Shown here one piece after another: positions 31,028 to 42,162 of a DNA stretch of 64,000 nt. Numbering within the stretch: the first letter of the stretch is position 1; the number at the start of each line of letters is the position of its first letter. This DNA is from an uncultured Spirochaetota bacterium (GTDB lineage Bacteria; Spirochaetota; UBA4802; UBA5550). Under the pieces are notes generated by a model, which had not been told where the DNA came from, did not search any database, and was given only the letters and a program-made list of their open reading frames with translations. The position numbers were made by a program, and so were the translations under genes. Location of the stretch: contig CAWHAA010000004.1 in the NCBI GenBank assembly GCA_963827275.1, positions 684,610-748,609 of the forward strand. The letters run 5' to 3'.

Positions 31028-32419
31028 CTACAGCCATTTCTTGCGAATAAACATCACGATCGCGGCGATGGAGAAGAGGCCGCTTATCAGGAGGACCAGG
31101 ACAAAGCCGTGCGGGTGGCCCTGGAACGGGAGCTTCACGTTCATCCCGTAGAAGGTCGCGACTATCATGGGGATGGTGAGGATGATGGTGACCGAGGTCA
31201 GGAACTTGATGGTTATGTTCAGGTTGTTGGAGATGACCGAGGCGAAGGCGTCCATCATGCCGCTCATGATGTCGCTGTAGACGTTCGCCATTTCGAGCGC
31301 CTGGCGCGTCTCGATCACGATGTCCTCGAAGATGTCCTCGATCTCCGCATCCATCTTCATGATGCCGTGCCTCTGGAGCCGTCCCAGCATGAGCTCGTTC
31401 GTCTTGAGCGACGTGGTGAAGTAGACCAGGCACTTCTCCATGTTCATCAGCTTGATGAGCTGCTTGTTCTTCGATTCCTGCTCCAGTTTTTTCTGGATTA
31501 TGGTCGCCGCGTTGTTGATCTGCTTCAAGTACTGGAGGTAGAGCATGAGCGAGCGCAGGATGATCTGTAAAATAAACTTTACCCCGGTGATCGTCGTTAT
31601 GTTCTTCACCTTCCCCTCGATGAAGTCCGGGAGCACAACCTCTTCCTTCGAACAGATGGTGATGAGCGTCCCACCCGTCATGATCACGCCTATCGGCAGG
31701 GTGACGTAGGGCAGGTCGGGATTGTGCTCGTCGAAATACGGCACCTTGATGATGATGAGGGTGGCGGCCCCCTCGGTCTCGATGCGCGCCGTTTCATCTA
31801 TGTCGAGCGATGCGGTGAGAAAGTCGAAGGGCACGTTGAAGTTCTGCGCCAGCAGCGGGAGGTCGTCCCGCGAAGGGTTGATGATGTTGACCCAGCAGTT
31901 CTTCTCTATGCGGTCCACCTGCCTGATGGCCCCGTCCGCCAGCCTGTACACCCGGATGAGCGGCAGGACCTCGACGGCGACCTCCTCCGCCGTCATTTCC
32001 TCTTCGACCGGGATCTCTGATTTCAGGATCTGGTCCAGGAGCCCCGTGAGCTCGATGGCCTCCTTCACAAGCGACCGCTGCGACAGCTCCCGTATCTCCT
32101 TCTGGAGGGCGATGGGCAGGACCGTAAGGAAGGCCAGGCGCTTGTCATCATGCATGCCGGAGATCAGCTCGACCCACGCTTCCCTGTCAACAAGGGCAAG
32201 GATGGACAGCTTGATGTCGTCGTCATAATAGCTGAATATGTTCGAGCGCATTTCAGCGGGGAGCTCGTCGAGGATCCTCTTGTTCTCCTCCGCGGTCATG
32301 GCGCCGAGGAAGTCGGCCACGACCGAGGGCGGGGTTGACGTGCAGAATTCCTTGATCTCGTCGATATTGTCGGAAGCGAGCATGTCGCGGAATTCCGGTA
32401 CCAGCAGCGGGTTTTTCAT
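31028..32419 (-). CDS. CorA-family Mg2+ transporter fused to an N-terminal MgtE_N-like domain
   Basis: C-terminal FASVISNNLN and YGMNV with two TMs; N-terminal about 120 aa resembles the MgtE intracellular N domain. Confidence 0.85.
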   Translation of the reverse strand: MKNPLLVPEFRDMLASDNIDEIKEFCTSTPPSVVADFLGAMTAEENKRILDELPAEMRSNIFSYYDDDIKLSILALVDREAWVELISGMHDDKRLAFLTVLPIALQKEIRELSQRSLVKEAIELTGLLDQILKSEIPVEEEMTAEEVAVEVLPLIRVYRLADGAIRQVDRIEKNCWVNIINPSRDDLPLLAQNFNVPFDFLTASLDIDETARIETEGAATLIIIKVPYFDEHNPDLPYVTLPIGVIMTGGTLITICSKEEVVLPDFIEGKVKNITTITGVKFILQIILRSLMLYLQYLKQINNAATIIQKKLEQESKNKQLIKLMNMEKCLVYFTTSLKTNELMLGRLQRHGIMKMDAEIEDIFEDIVIETRQALEMANVYSDIMSGMMDAFASVISNNLNITIKFLTSVTIILTIPMIVATFYGMNVKLPFQGHPHGFVLVLLISGLFSIAAIVMFIRKKWL

Positions 32420-32700
32420 GCGGCGCCTCCATTGTGGATCGGGTCCCGTGCGTCAGCCGCGGCTGGCCGGGCAGCCTGTCGCGGCGCTACCCTCCGGGGC
32501 CCGCACGAGTGTACCCGCTGAAATGCGGGATGTCAAGAAATTTTAGTCGTGCCCGGGCCGCGGTGTCGGTTTATCGGCCGGCCACGGGAATATTTATTTC
32601 AATGGTTGAAATATTCTATTGACAAATGCTGGAACTTTTTGTCTATTATTAGGGTCTAAAAAACAGAATTGCAGAATATCAAAAAAGGAGGAGCATTCCA

Positions 32701-33252
32701 GTGAAAAAAATTGGTTTGTTTGTAATCATCGCAACAATGATAATTTCCCTGTCGGCATCCGACGGATTTGCTGCGGGCGCATTGGTGAAAAACGGCAGCG
32801 GCGTCAGGACCAAGTCGATTTTCGGCACATTGTACTACCTGACCCTCATGGTCCCCGCGCAGCTCAAGGGCAAGGACGCCAAGACGCTTATCGAGGCGGA
32901 CGACGCGATGTCCATGATACTGGTTCTTGACAGCAAGCTGATAACCCGCGACCGGTTCGTCGATGCGACCAGCGAAGGGTTCGGCAAGGCCGCGGCGGCC
33001 GGATATGTTTCCGCGAGCAAGCAGAAGTTCCTGGACCAGTTCGGCAAGGTGAAATTCACCAAGGGCGATGTCGTAAGCATGAGTTATACAAAGGCGGGCC
33101 TTGTCACTTCTTACAAATACAAGGCAACCGGCAAAGTCGAGGTTCTGGGTACCATCCCGGGTCTTGACCTGAAAAAAGCCCTCTTTGCCATCTGGCTTGG
33201 CCCGAAGCCGATCCAGGATTCGTTGAAAGCATCGCTCTTATCGGGCAAGTAA
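32701..33252 (+). CDS. Chalcone isomerase-like secreted protein
   Basis: NGSGVRTK..F..LY and ALFAIWLGPKP...LK..LLG. Confidence 0.88.
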   Translation: MKKIGLFVIIATMIISLSASDGFAAGALVKNGSGVRTKSIFGTLYYLTLMVPAQLKGKDAKTLIEADDAMSMILVLDSKLITRDRFVDATSEGFGKAAAAGYVSASKQKFLDQFGKVKFTKGDVVSMSYTKAGLVTSYKYKATGKVEVLGTIPGLDLKKALFAIWLGPKPIQDSLKASLLSGK

Positions 33253-33274
33253 TCCATTGTTTCTGAAAAACACG

Positions 33275-33308
33275 AAGGGGCTGTCCGATGGGGACAGCCT
33301 TTTTTTTA
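33275..33308 (+). terminator. Intrinsic terminator
   Basis: GGCTGTCC/GGACAGCC stem followed by a T run. Confidence 0.85.
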
Positions 33309-33438
33309 ACCACTCTTTTATTTTTGCAACCGTTTTTGATTTTTCCTGTCTTTATCACAGGTAACATAATCCAGCAGGTATCTGCATGCCCATACGATAT
33401 CATGTTACGGAATACTATTATTTTGGAGAATACGCGCA

Positions 33439-34380
33439 ATGAACATGACAAATCCTGATACCTCCGGGCCTGATATCGCGGTGAAACGAAATGAGTCCCC
33501 CCTTGCCACCCTGGGATACAACCTCAGGGGGATACTCTCAATGCTGCTGCTCTATATAAACACCTCATTCTGGTTTGTGTTCCTCCTGCCCCTGTCCATT
33601 CTGAAGCTCATCATCCCGATCAGCGGCTGGAGAAAATTATGCGGGCTGCTCCTGAACACCATCGCCGTTTCATGGATATCGATCAACAATTTCTACCTGC
33701 GGTGGCTGCACAGGATCACATGGGACGTGCGGGGCATGGAAGGCCTTTCGCTTGACCGGTGGTACCTGGTAATATCAAACCACCAGACATGGGTGGATAT
33801 TGTCGTTCTCCAGAAAATCTTCAACCGGAAGATCCCGTTCCTCAAATTCTTTCTCAAGAAAGAGCTGATCTGGGTCCCGCTGCTCGGGATTGCCTGGTGG
33901 GCGCTTGACTTCCCGTTCATGAAAAGATACTCGGCGCAGTTTTTAAAGAAGCATCCGCACCTCAAGGGAAAGGACATCGAGATAACCCGGAAGGCTTGCA
34001 GAAAATTCAAGTCACTGCCGGTCTCCATCATGAACTTTGTCGAAGGGACCCGCTTCACCCCTGAAAAGCATGACAAGCAGCAATCGCCGTTCCGGCACCT
34101 GCTCAGGCCGAAGGCCGGCGGGATCGGGTTCGTGCTCTCCACCATGGGAGAGCAGCTGAGCGACATCCTGAACGTTACCATCATGTACCCGGGCGGCGAA
34201 ACGAGCTTCTGGGGCTTTCTCTGCGGCAGGATAAAAGAGATCCGCATCGTGGTGGAAAAAATCCCGGTCACCCCTGAAATGCTCGGCGACTATGTCGAGG
34301 ATAAGGAATTCCAGGTCAAATTCCAGGAATGGGTGAACGTGCTCTGGACAAAAAAGGACGCGATGCTCGATGCGTCCTGA
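33439..34380 (+). CDS. PlsC-family acyltransferase (YihG-like)
   Basis: NHQTWVD, FFLKKEL, FVEGTRF and LLRPKAGG. Confidence 0.92.
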   Translation: MNMTNPDTSGPDIAVKRNESPLATLGYNLRGILSMLLLYINTSFWFVFLLPLSILKLIIPISGWRKLCGLLLNTIAVSWISINNFYLRWLHRITWDVRGMEGLSLDRWYLVISNHQTWVDIVVLQKIFNRKIPFLKFFLKKELIWVPLLGIAWWALDFPFMKRYSAQFLKKHPHLKGKDIEITRKACRKFKSLPVSIMNFVEGTRFTPEKHDKQQSPFRHLLRPKAGGIGFVLSTMGEQLSDILNVTIMYPGGETSFWGFLCGRIKEIRIVVEKIPVTPEMLGDYVEDKEFQVKFQEWVNVLWTKKDAMLDAS

Positions 34381-34613
34381 ACGCGCGTGACGGAGTCCCC
34401 GCGGGTCGCATCGCCGGCGGATACCCGTCGCCCCCGAAACCCCGCATATACGGAAAACCCCTTCCGGTACCGGTCCAGGGCGGATAAAATTACCCCTGGC
34501 CGGCATTAATGCTATTGACGCCGACCCCGCAGCGTGATAATTATCATCCGTCCCTATCGGGGACACCTTCTCTTGTTCCGGTACAAACTATTTTTATCAA
34601 AAGGAGATTGATC

Positions 34614-34988
34614 ATGAAAAAAATCATCGTTGGTGCCGTACTCTGCGTGGCGGGCCTCGTTTTTGCCGGCTGCGATACGTTCCAGTTTACACAGAAGAGC
34701 ATGTGCAAGGAATGCCTTGCCGAGGCAAAAACGCGGTCCAATACGATTGCCACGACCCTGTTGAGCGGCAAGAATCCCACCGTCAAGATCGAGAATGATG
34801 TGCTGGTGATCGGCGCGAACAACCAGTTGCTGAACATCTCCTGCGCGGGTGATAACGGCTGCACGGTATCAACGACCAGGAAAAAATCCGACGGTACCAT
34901 GTCGGCCCCGCACACCGCGAGCGTCAAGGAGCTGGAATACCTCTATTGTCCGAAGACCCTCAAGAAATATAACACGGCGGCGAAGTAA
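34614..34988 (+). CDS. Hypothetical Cys-rich lipoprotein
   Basis: AGGAG RBS; FAGC lipobox. Confidence 0.7.
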   Translation: MKKIIVGAVLCVAGLVFAGCDTFQFTQKSMCKECLAEAKTRSNTIATTLLSGKNPTVKIENDVLVIGANNQLLNISCAGDNGCTVSTTRKKSDGTMSAPHTASVKELEYLYCPKTLKKYNTAAK

Positions 34989-35042
34989 CGCGCCAGTAAC
35001 GCCGGCGGCGCCGGGGTGAAGGCGTGGCCGCCAGGCGCGCGA

Positions 35043-36545
35043 TCATTCCGGCGTTGTCGCCGCGAGGTACTTCCGGACGGCGAGCCCGGCGACAAGGGCG
35101 GCGCCGAACACGATACACAGCGGCACGATAAAGTGCCAGGCCGCGATGAAGCCCAGGTGCTTGACGTAGCTCCGCACCGCGAGGTCCTGGATGATGTCCG
35201 GGTAAAAAGAAAAGATGTTGCGGGACGCCCACAGGAGGGCGCCGCAGGCGGCCAGGACGAGGAGCGAGGGATAGAGCAGGAGCCGCTTCAGCGCCGCCAG
35301 CTTCCGCCTCCGGTCGGCCGTTGAGAAGAACAGGTACAGGATGAAGAGAACGGGGAGGGCCGCGGCGCCCCAGGCGGCATACCGTCCCCAGGAGAGGACC
35401 TCCATCGCCATCGCCAGCGTTTCCGCTTTCTCCCCCGTGAGCACCGGGCCGGACATGCGGATGACCCCTCTGTCGATCGTCAGCCCCAGCCTGCGCAGGT
35501 AGTTCCCCGCGAAATATTCGCCCAGCCCGGTATCGGAAAACTTGAAGAGCGTGGTGAGGAGGGTGCGGTTCTGGAGGTTGCCGATCGTGCCGAGCTTTTC
35601 AACCATGAGTTGGCTCATCACGTGCTTTTTACGGGGTGAGATGCCGGAATCGTCGTCCACCCAGAGGCTTACCTCGATATCGGGAACGTTCACCACGAGG
35701 GTGCGGCCGCCGAGGCCTTCCGCGCCCATGTCGCGGCGGTAGAATATGTTCCTGCGCTCCACCTGCGCGTCGTAGCCGGTCATGAAGGCGAGGACCTTCT
35801 CTATCTCGCCCCTGACGGCGCCGTCGACCAGCTTCTCGTTCAGTATTTTTGAAAGCGGCCCCTCGATGCGCTCCAGGTCCGCGTATAATTTCCCCGAGAG
35901 GGTATCCCTGTGCTTTTCGGCTATCTTTTCCGCGTCCCGCTTCTTGTCTTCAAGGGTGGCGACTGCGTCCTCGTATTCCCCCCTGGCCTTTTTCATCGCG
36001 GCGAGCGCCGATTTGATCAGGTCGCCGTTCCCGTCCTGGTATGCTTCAATCTCCTTTATCCGCGCTGTTATGGCCGCGAGCTCCGTTTTCCTGTTCCTTT
36101 CAAAATCGTCCCGGTTCGGGAAGGTTTCTTTCACCTCTTTCCACTTGAGGCGGCCGAGGTCGCCGCGCTGTTTCTCGAGGGCCTCCAGTTCCTCGTCGCG
36201 GCTGGTCCGTTCGTATTCGGTCCGCGCCCTGTCGTAACGTGACCTGATGGTTTCGAATTCCGCCGTGAATTGCGTAAGCCGGAGGTCCTGCTCGATCTCA
36301 TCGCTGACCTGCTTTTCCATCTGCCAGTTCTTTCCTTCCACGAAGGCGGTTATGAACCGGCCTTCCTTGAGGATGCCGGTGTAAAACGAGGGCCTGAGGA
36401 TAACAGTGATGATGATGGCGGCGATCGCCGCGGCCGGGATGACGATAAGGGCGGCATACCCGATGATGGTAAAAAGGTACCCCCGGGGCGGCTGCGTTGT
36501 TCCGGTTCCTCTGCCGGTGTTTTCTGAATCTGGCGTGTCCGTCAT
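35043..36545 (-). CDS. Hypothetical membrane protein with long coiled coil
   Basis: N-terminal TM, charged helical region, three C-terminal TMs. Confidence 0.7.
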   Translation of the reverse strand: MTDTPDSENTGRGTGTTQPPRGYLFTIIGYAALIVIPAAAIAAIIITVILRPSFYTGILKEGRFITAFVEGKNWQMEKQVSDEIEQDLRLTQFTAEFETIRSRYDRARTEYERTSRDEELEALEKQRGDLGRLKWKEVKETFPNRDDFERNRKTELAAITARIKEIEAYQDGNGDLIKSALAAMKKARGEYEDAVATLEDKKRDAEKIAEKHRDTLSGKLYADLERIEGPLSKILNEKLVDGAVRGEIEKVLAFMTGYDAQVERRNIFYRRDMGAEGLGGRTLVVNVPDIEVSLWVDDDSGISPRKKHVMSQLMVEKLGTIGNLQNRTLLTTLFKFSDTGLGEYFAGNYLRRLGLTIDRGVIRMSGPVLTGEKAETLAMAMEVLSWGRYAAWGAAALPVLFILYLFFSTADRRRKLAALKRLLLYPSLLVLAACGALLWASRNIFSFYPDIIQDLAVRSYVKHLGFIAAWHFIVPLCIVFGAALVAGLAVRKYLAATTPE

Positions 36546-36771
36546 CCTGTTCCCTCCGGGATAGTGGTTATAAGGCCCAGATAACGCCACCGGAACGGGC
36601 GCCTGTCAATTACATTTTGCCTCCTGCGCCGCCCGCCCGGCACGGTGATGAAAGCGTGGTTGACAAATATACAGTCCGCCGGTAGTGATGGACCGCGCGA
36701 CGATGTCCGAAACAACGTGTCGCGGAAAAAAAATTATATGACGCGCCGGCGGCGTTCGTTACCCATCGGAG

Positions 36772-37269
36772 GTGATGGCCATGGGAACGCGCAGCATTGT
36801 CGTGTCCGCCGCTGCCTGGCTCCTGCTTGTTTTCCTGTGCGGCTGCTCGAAGGCCCTGATAACGGCCCCCGTCGCCGCATCGAACGGCAGGTGGGAGATT
36901 GTCCTTAAGGACCTCAGGCTGGGACCGGACCAGTATGGCACGGCGAACGGTCACTGGGAGCCGAAAAAAGGGAGGAGGTTCCTCCGGGCGTCTGTCAGGA
37001 TAACGAACGGGCTCAGGACCGACCAGGAGTTTCTCCTGGGAAAAATCATCCTGACCGCCGGCGGCAGGAAGGTGCGGCCGTTTATCCTCGACATGGGGGG
37101 CCCCGTTTCACTGCGGGCAAATCCCGCTCCGCGGTGCGCGCCGGGAGAGACCATATCAAGGAAGATCATCTACATCGTGCCCGAGGGGGCGCCGCCGGAA
37201 CGGATTACCTACGAGAGGACGGAGATACGGATACCGGCGGCAGCGCGGGAAGCGCGGCGCGGAATATGA
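36772..37269 (+). CDS. Hypothetical lipoprotein (DUF4352-like Ig fold possible)
   Basis: LCGC lipobox; PKKGRRFL and PGETISRKIIYIVP. Confidence 0.55.
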   Translation: MMAMGTRSIVVSAAAWLLLVFLCGCSKALITAPVAASNGRWEIVLKDLRLGPDQYGTANGHWEPKKGRRFLRASVRITNGLRTDQEFLLGKIILTAGGRKVRPFILDMGGPVSLRANPAPRCAPGETISRKIIYIVPEGAPPERITYERTEIRIPAAAREARRGI

Positions 37270-37288
37270 CAGGGAGGCTGTTCATTAC

Positions 37289-37570
37289 ATGAAGCGTGAA
37301 ACCATATCGTGCAGAAAGGGGTGCGGCGCCTGCTGCATCGCGCCGTCCATATCAAGCGCGCTCCCGGGGATGCCCGGCGGGAAACCGGCCGGCGTGACCT
37401 GCGTTAACCTGGACCCGCGCGACGCCACCTGCCTGATATGGGGCATGCCCGATTACCCGGCCGTGTGCCGGGAGTTCACCGCCACGCCCTGGCTCTGCGG
37501 CTCCTGCAGGGAGGAGGCCCTGGACCTTCTCGCCCGGCTTGAACGGGACACGCTGCCGGGCGGGCGGTGA
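37289..37570 (+). CDS. YkgJ-family CxxCxxCC cysteine-cluster protein
   Basis: CRKGCGACC, GKPAGVTC and PAVC. Confidence 0.9.
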   Translation: MKRETISCRKGCGACCIAPSISSALPGMPGGKPAGVTCVNLDPRDATCLIWGMPDYPAVCREFTATPWLCGSCREEALDLLARLERDTLPGGR

Positions 37571-38013
37571 GGAGGCCTTGCGGCCTGCTATTGCAGCGTG
37601 GCCCCGCACTTCCGGCAGGTCTTCGGGTTCATCGCGCCGCCCGGGTGCTTTGTGCGCGACAGGCACCGCCAGCTTGCATAACAGGCGATCAGCCCCCCCG
37701 ATCGTTGCCACGGATACTTCTCCCGGGGATTGATTGACAGATGAATCTGTACCGGTAAGTATAGAAAAGGTTTAGGCCCCCCTGCCAACAGTATTTTCAG
37801 GCCGGTTGTGTCCCGGCAGGCCCTTCGTGAATGCTAATGTAACGGTGTTGAAACAACCCGGCGCAGAAAAAATATTGACAGTCGCGTCGTTCGCGGATAT
37901 TCTCTGGTAATATTCATGACCCGGCATGGCGCGGCGAAGATTCGATCGGCGGATTATTCCCTCGCTGACCGTGCGGCTACCGTGAAATTTTTATGACAGG
38001 TAAAGGGGTGCGT

Positions 38014-39018
38014 ATGAAAAAAGCGATTATCGGTCTGGTCCTGTGTGTGGCGTTTACGGCGCAGGCGTTTGCCCAGGCGGACGCCCGGAAGGAGGAAGGG
38101 GAGGGCGCGTCGGTCGGCCTCAGCTTCGGCATCGATTATTACAGCAAGTATATCTGGCGGGGCCTCGATTTTTACCAGGGAGACGGCTATTTCTATCCCT
38201 CGGTTTCATGGGACGTCTTCGATACCGGGCTCACCTTCAAGGTGGCCGGCGAGATCGCATCGAGCTGGGTCTTCAACGGGTTCACGAAAAAACCGGACAA
38301 GTATTACTATGAAGACTGGACGCTGAGCACGCTGTACAAGAAGAAAAAGCAGATCAATTCCTACGCCTACGCCAACCAGGGCGTTGACTTCGGCGTTGAG
38401 TACTCCTACACGTTTGAAAACATCATCACCCTCGGGGCGAACTTCTGGTACTACTGGTACTTCAACTCGAAGTATGCCAGGGAGATGGCCTGGACGACCT
38501 ATGAGTCCCTGAACATGGTGAAGAAGTGGGACACCAGCTATTTCAGCGCGGGCGTGAATATCGGCCTCGACTGCGTCCCCTGGATCAACCCCACCATCGC
38601 GGTCTTCTATGACAATTACGTCGGGTACGAGCGCTCCGGGGACTATTACCTCCAGGTCGGCTTCAGCCACGATTTCGAGGTGGTGAAGGACGTGGTGACC
38701 ATCACGCCGGGCATCACCGCCGGCTACTACTGGGGGCGGACCTACGGGTACAACAACTGGTATCTCATGTCGCTGAACGGGGTGGATTTTGACCCGACGT
38801 CCGTGGTTGACGGCGGTGATGACTTCATCTGGCGGGACCACGCGGCGCCGAAGAAAGGGGTGAGCGACATCGTACCGTCGGTCACCATGACCGTGACGCA
38901 CGGCGGCTTCGCGTTCACGTCGGGCTTCTACTACGTCATCGTCCCCGCAAAGTCGTGGTACAAGGGCGGGCCGATACACAAGTTTTACGCGCAGCTCGGG
39001 ATGTCCTACTCGCTGTAA
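38014..39018 (+). CDS. Putative outer-membrane beta-barrel protein
   Basis: Signal peptide AFA; SKYIWRG; aromatic-rich strands; ends LGMSYSL. Confidence 0.75.
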   Translation: MKKAIIGLVLCVAFTAQAFAQADARKEEGEGASVGLSFGIDYYSKYIWRGLDFYQGDGYFYPSVSWDVFDTGLTFKVAGEIASSWVFNGFTKKPDKYYYEDWTLSTLYKKKKQINSYAYANQGVDFGVEYSYTFENIITLGANFWYYWYFNSKYAREMAWTTYESLNMVKKWDTSYFSAGVNIGLDCVPWINPTIAVFYDNYVGYERSGDYYLQVGFSHDFEVVKDVVTITPGITAGYYWGRTYGYNNWYLMSLNGVDFDPTSVVDGGDDFIWRDHAAPKKGVSDIVPSVTMTVTHGGFAFTSGFYYVIVPAKSWYKGGPIHKFYAQLGMSYSL

Positions 39019-39024
39019 CGGCCC

Positions 39025-40991
39025 TCAACCGTTGTATTCCGTGACCATGAGGGTGATGTCGTCCTCGAACTCAGGCGACGTGGTGCCGATGTAGCTGATG
39101 ATCGTGCGGTAGATCTCCTCGCAGAGGAGGGGGGCCGACCTGGTGCGGTGCTGCTTGATAAGACGCACCAGGTTGTCCTCGCCGAACATCGCCAGCTCAT
39201 GGTTCCGCGCCTCGGTGATACCGTCCGTGTACAGTATGATCTTGTCCCCCTCGCCGAGCCTGGTGGTGACCTCCACCGGGTTCAGCGGGAATTTCTCGCT
39301 GATGATCCTTCCCTGCGAACCGATGAATTCTATATCGCCCCTGTGCCTGGCCACTATGTATCGGGCGGGTGCCCCGCGTTCGAGGAGACCATGGCCCCCG
39401 TGGCCAGGTCGATGTGGCAGAAGACCGCCGAGATGAAATGCCCCCCCATTTTTCCCATGAGCGACTGGTAGAGCCTGTCCATGGCGAGCGACGTGTTCTT
39501 TCCCGCGCTGTAGCACGAGGGGAGTGACATCTTCACCATGGCCGAGAGGAACGCGGCGGGGACGCCGTGCCCGGACACGTCGCAGATGAACAGCATCATT
39601 TCGCGGCTGTTGTAGGAGAAATCGACGAAGTCGCCCCCCACCGCCATCATCGGCTGGTACTTGAAGCTTAGCGTCACGGCCGGGATGTCGGGCAGGCGCA
39701 CCGGCAGGAGCGACATCTGTATGCGCCGCGCCATCATGATCTGGCGGTTCAGCTCCTCCGACTGCGCCTGGATGGTGAGGGTGCGGTCGGTGACCCGCTG
39801 CTCCAGGTGCTCGTTGAGCTGCGAGACCTCCTGTATGAGGCGCTTCTGCTCTTCGGACGCGCTCTGTAAATTTTTCGCCATGGTGTTGAAGCTGCCCGCG
39901 AGCCTGCCGAACTCGTCGGCGCCCTGGACGTCCACCCGGGACCCCAGGTCCCCGGCCGCGAGCGCGTTGACTCCCTCCATGAGCTTCGCCATCGGCCGGG
40001 TGAAGTGCCGCGCGAGGAAAACCGTGAAGACGGTGGATATGAGGAACGTTATCACCGACACCATAATCGCCACCCGCAGCATGCCCCACTTGAATTCGTC
40101 CACCTCGCGGGAATTTATATCCACCATCACAACGCCGATTCCCTCTCCCCCGCTGTTTAAGATCGGGGCATAGGCGGATATGAATTTCCCGTACGCGTTG
40201 ACAACCGGCTCCTCGTCGACGATGTTCTGCTTCTTGTTGATGATCTCCTTGACCCGCGCGATGAACGCTTCTTTCTCGATGAAATCGTTGCCCGGGTATG
40301 ATGTCGGCTCGCCCCTGCCGGAGTAGGTGATAGTGCATTCCATGGTTTTGCCGTTAAAGGTGACTGACCCGGTTTTCACGCGGTCGTCCCTGCGGGCGGT
40401 CCCCGCCGGGGTTTCAACGGAAAGGGGGTCCATGGAAAGGACCGTGAATACCGGCTGGCCCTGGATGATAAGCTGCTTCCTGTCCTTCTCATCGAGCAGC
40501 GTAACGTCAATTTTTCCGATATCGGTGTCGATGGTGAAGTTTTCTTTTTTGAAGGTATAGTTGTATTCCACCGTCATGCGGCCGTCGCTGTCAAAGAACA
40601 TATCGAACGCGAAATATTCGGTCTCGAACCACACCAGGTCCTGTTCCGCGATATTTGCGTCGAGGGCATAGAAGATCCGGTCGTTTGCGCGGTCGTAGTT
40701 GAGGGTGTAGATATACCGTATCTCTTTCTCCTGCTTCCACACGGAGTTCATGAGCCTGATATATTCCCAGAACTTCGGGTTTTTCGATGTGTCCGGGGTC
40801 GTGAATGTCTCGTGCACGTCGCCGTCTATGGCGGTCGATATGAACCTGGCGATTGAGAGCTTGTTGGTGCGGAATTTCTGGAAAAAGCGGTCGCCTGAAG
40901 TCCGGTACATGAAGAAGCCGAGGAGGAGCGATATGACCAGGTTAAGGGTCATAAAACCGAGGAACAATTTAAACCGAAGGCTGAAATTCAT
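39025..40991 (-). CDS. Membrane SpoIIE/PP2C phosphatase with periplasmic sensor and HAMP; frameshift near 39360
   Basis: VGGDF, CDVSGHG and NAGHPP in one frame; LYTDGITE and DDIT in the other. Confidence 0.85.
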
Positions 40992-41119
40992 CTTCCGTAC
41001 GCCCTCCTTATCAAGGTTGCTGGATAAGCAGTTAAAAATCAAGAGTTTAATGGATTTGGACGCGACCGGCACCCGGTTTTCGCGCTGGTGCTATTTTTTC
41101 CGGGGATTGTGAATAACTC

Positions 41120-41152
41120 TTGACAGTATTACGAATATTAGAAAAATAGCAC
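41120..41152 (+). promoter_or_regulatory. Promoter with NikR-like operator
   Basis: TTGACA at 41120 immediately followed by GTATTAC-N13-ATAGCAC. Confidence 0.6.
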
Positions 41153-41206
41153 AATATAAATAACATTGAGTTGGATATACTACCATTGATCCGGAGGATT
41201 TTAAAT

Positions 41207-42151
41207 ATGAGAGTTGCGCCATTATCTGTCAGGTTGTATCTCCTTGCCGCGGTTGGCGGGTTGGCGGTCGCGTTATTCCAGCCGCTCCCTGCCTTCGCCT
41301 TTCACCCCCTCATCACCGATGACACCGGCACGCAGGGAAAGCACAATCTCGAGCTGGAGCTTGCGTACCAGTTTGACCGGGATAGTTCCCGCGGGTTTGA
41401 CCGTACCGTGAACAGCATCCTTGAAGGGCTGTGGGGGTCCGTAACGACGCGGGAGGACGCCCATGAGCTGGCCGCCACCATTTCCTACGGCCTGATCGAC
41501 CCGCTCGACCTGGTGATCGGCGTCCCGTACGGGCATTCCCGTGCGCGGGAAAGCCGGGTATTTTACAATCCCGATCTCCCCCCCGCGGGCATACAGGGCC
41601 TGTTGTATAAATCCACGAGCGTCGATACCGGCATCGCCGATCCGCTGGTGGAGCTGAAGTGGCGGTTTTTCGAGCGTGACGGCCTGACCCTCGCTGTCAA
41701 GCCGGGGGCGACGCTGCCCCTCGGCAACGAGGAGGCCGGATTCGGCACCGGGTGCGTCAGCCCGTTCCTCTATTTAATCCTCGGCTATGAGAAGGAGTGG
41801 TTCCTGCTGCACCTGAACCTCGGCTACATCCGCAACCAGAACAAGGTGAATGACCGCGAGGACCTCTGGCACGGGTCGCTGGCCTTCGAGTTTGTGCTGG
41901 TAAAGGACCTCCTCCGCTTTGTCGTGAACACCGGTCTTGAAAGAAACCCGAGCGCCCGTTCCAATTTTCACGATGTCTTTGTGCTGGGAGGGCTGGTCGT
42001 GTCGCCCTCGGAGTTCTGCGACCTTGACCTGGGCTTCAGGTACAGCATTGAAACAAAAGGCGCGGAATCGCCGGGGGCCGATTATTCGGTGCTGGGCGGG
42101 TTCACCGTCAGGTTCGACGGCGGCGCAAAGAAAGAAGAGAAGAGATCATAA
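41207..42151 (+). CDS. Outer-membrane beta-barrel transporter, first gene of the ECF operon
   Basis: Signal peptide then FHPLITDDTGTQG; beta strands; ends GFTVRF. Confidence 0.8.
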   Translation: MRVAPLSVRLYLLAAVGGLAVALFQPLPAFAFHPLITDDTGTQGKHNLELELAYQFDRDSSRGFDRTVNSILEGLWGSVTTREDAHELAATISYGLIDPLDLVIGVPYGHSRARESRVFYNPDLPPAGIQGLLYKSTSVDTGIADPLVELKWRFFERDGLTLAVKPGATLPLGNEEAGFGTGCVSPFLYLILGYEKEWFLLHLNLGYIRNQNKVNDREDLWHGSLAFEFVLVKDLLRFVVNTGLERNPSARSNFHDVFVLGGLVVSPSEFCDLDLGFRYSIETKGAESPGADYSVLGGFTVRFDGGAKKEEKRS

Positions 42152-42162
42152 GGAGAACAACC

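Noticed and set aside
37730..37990. Riboswitch upstream of the 38014 beta-barrel gene
   Set aside because: No recognisable cobalamin, TPP, SAM or FMN consensus
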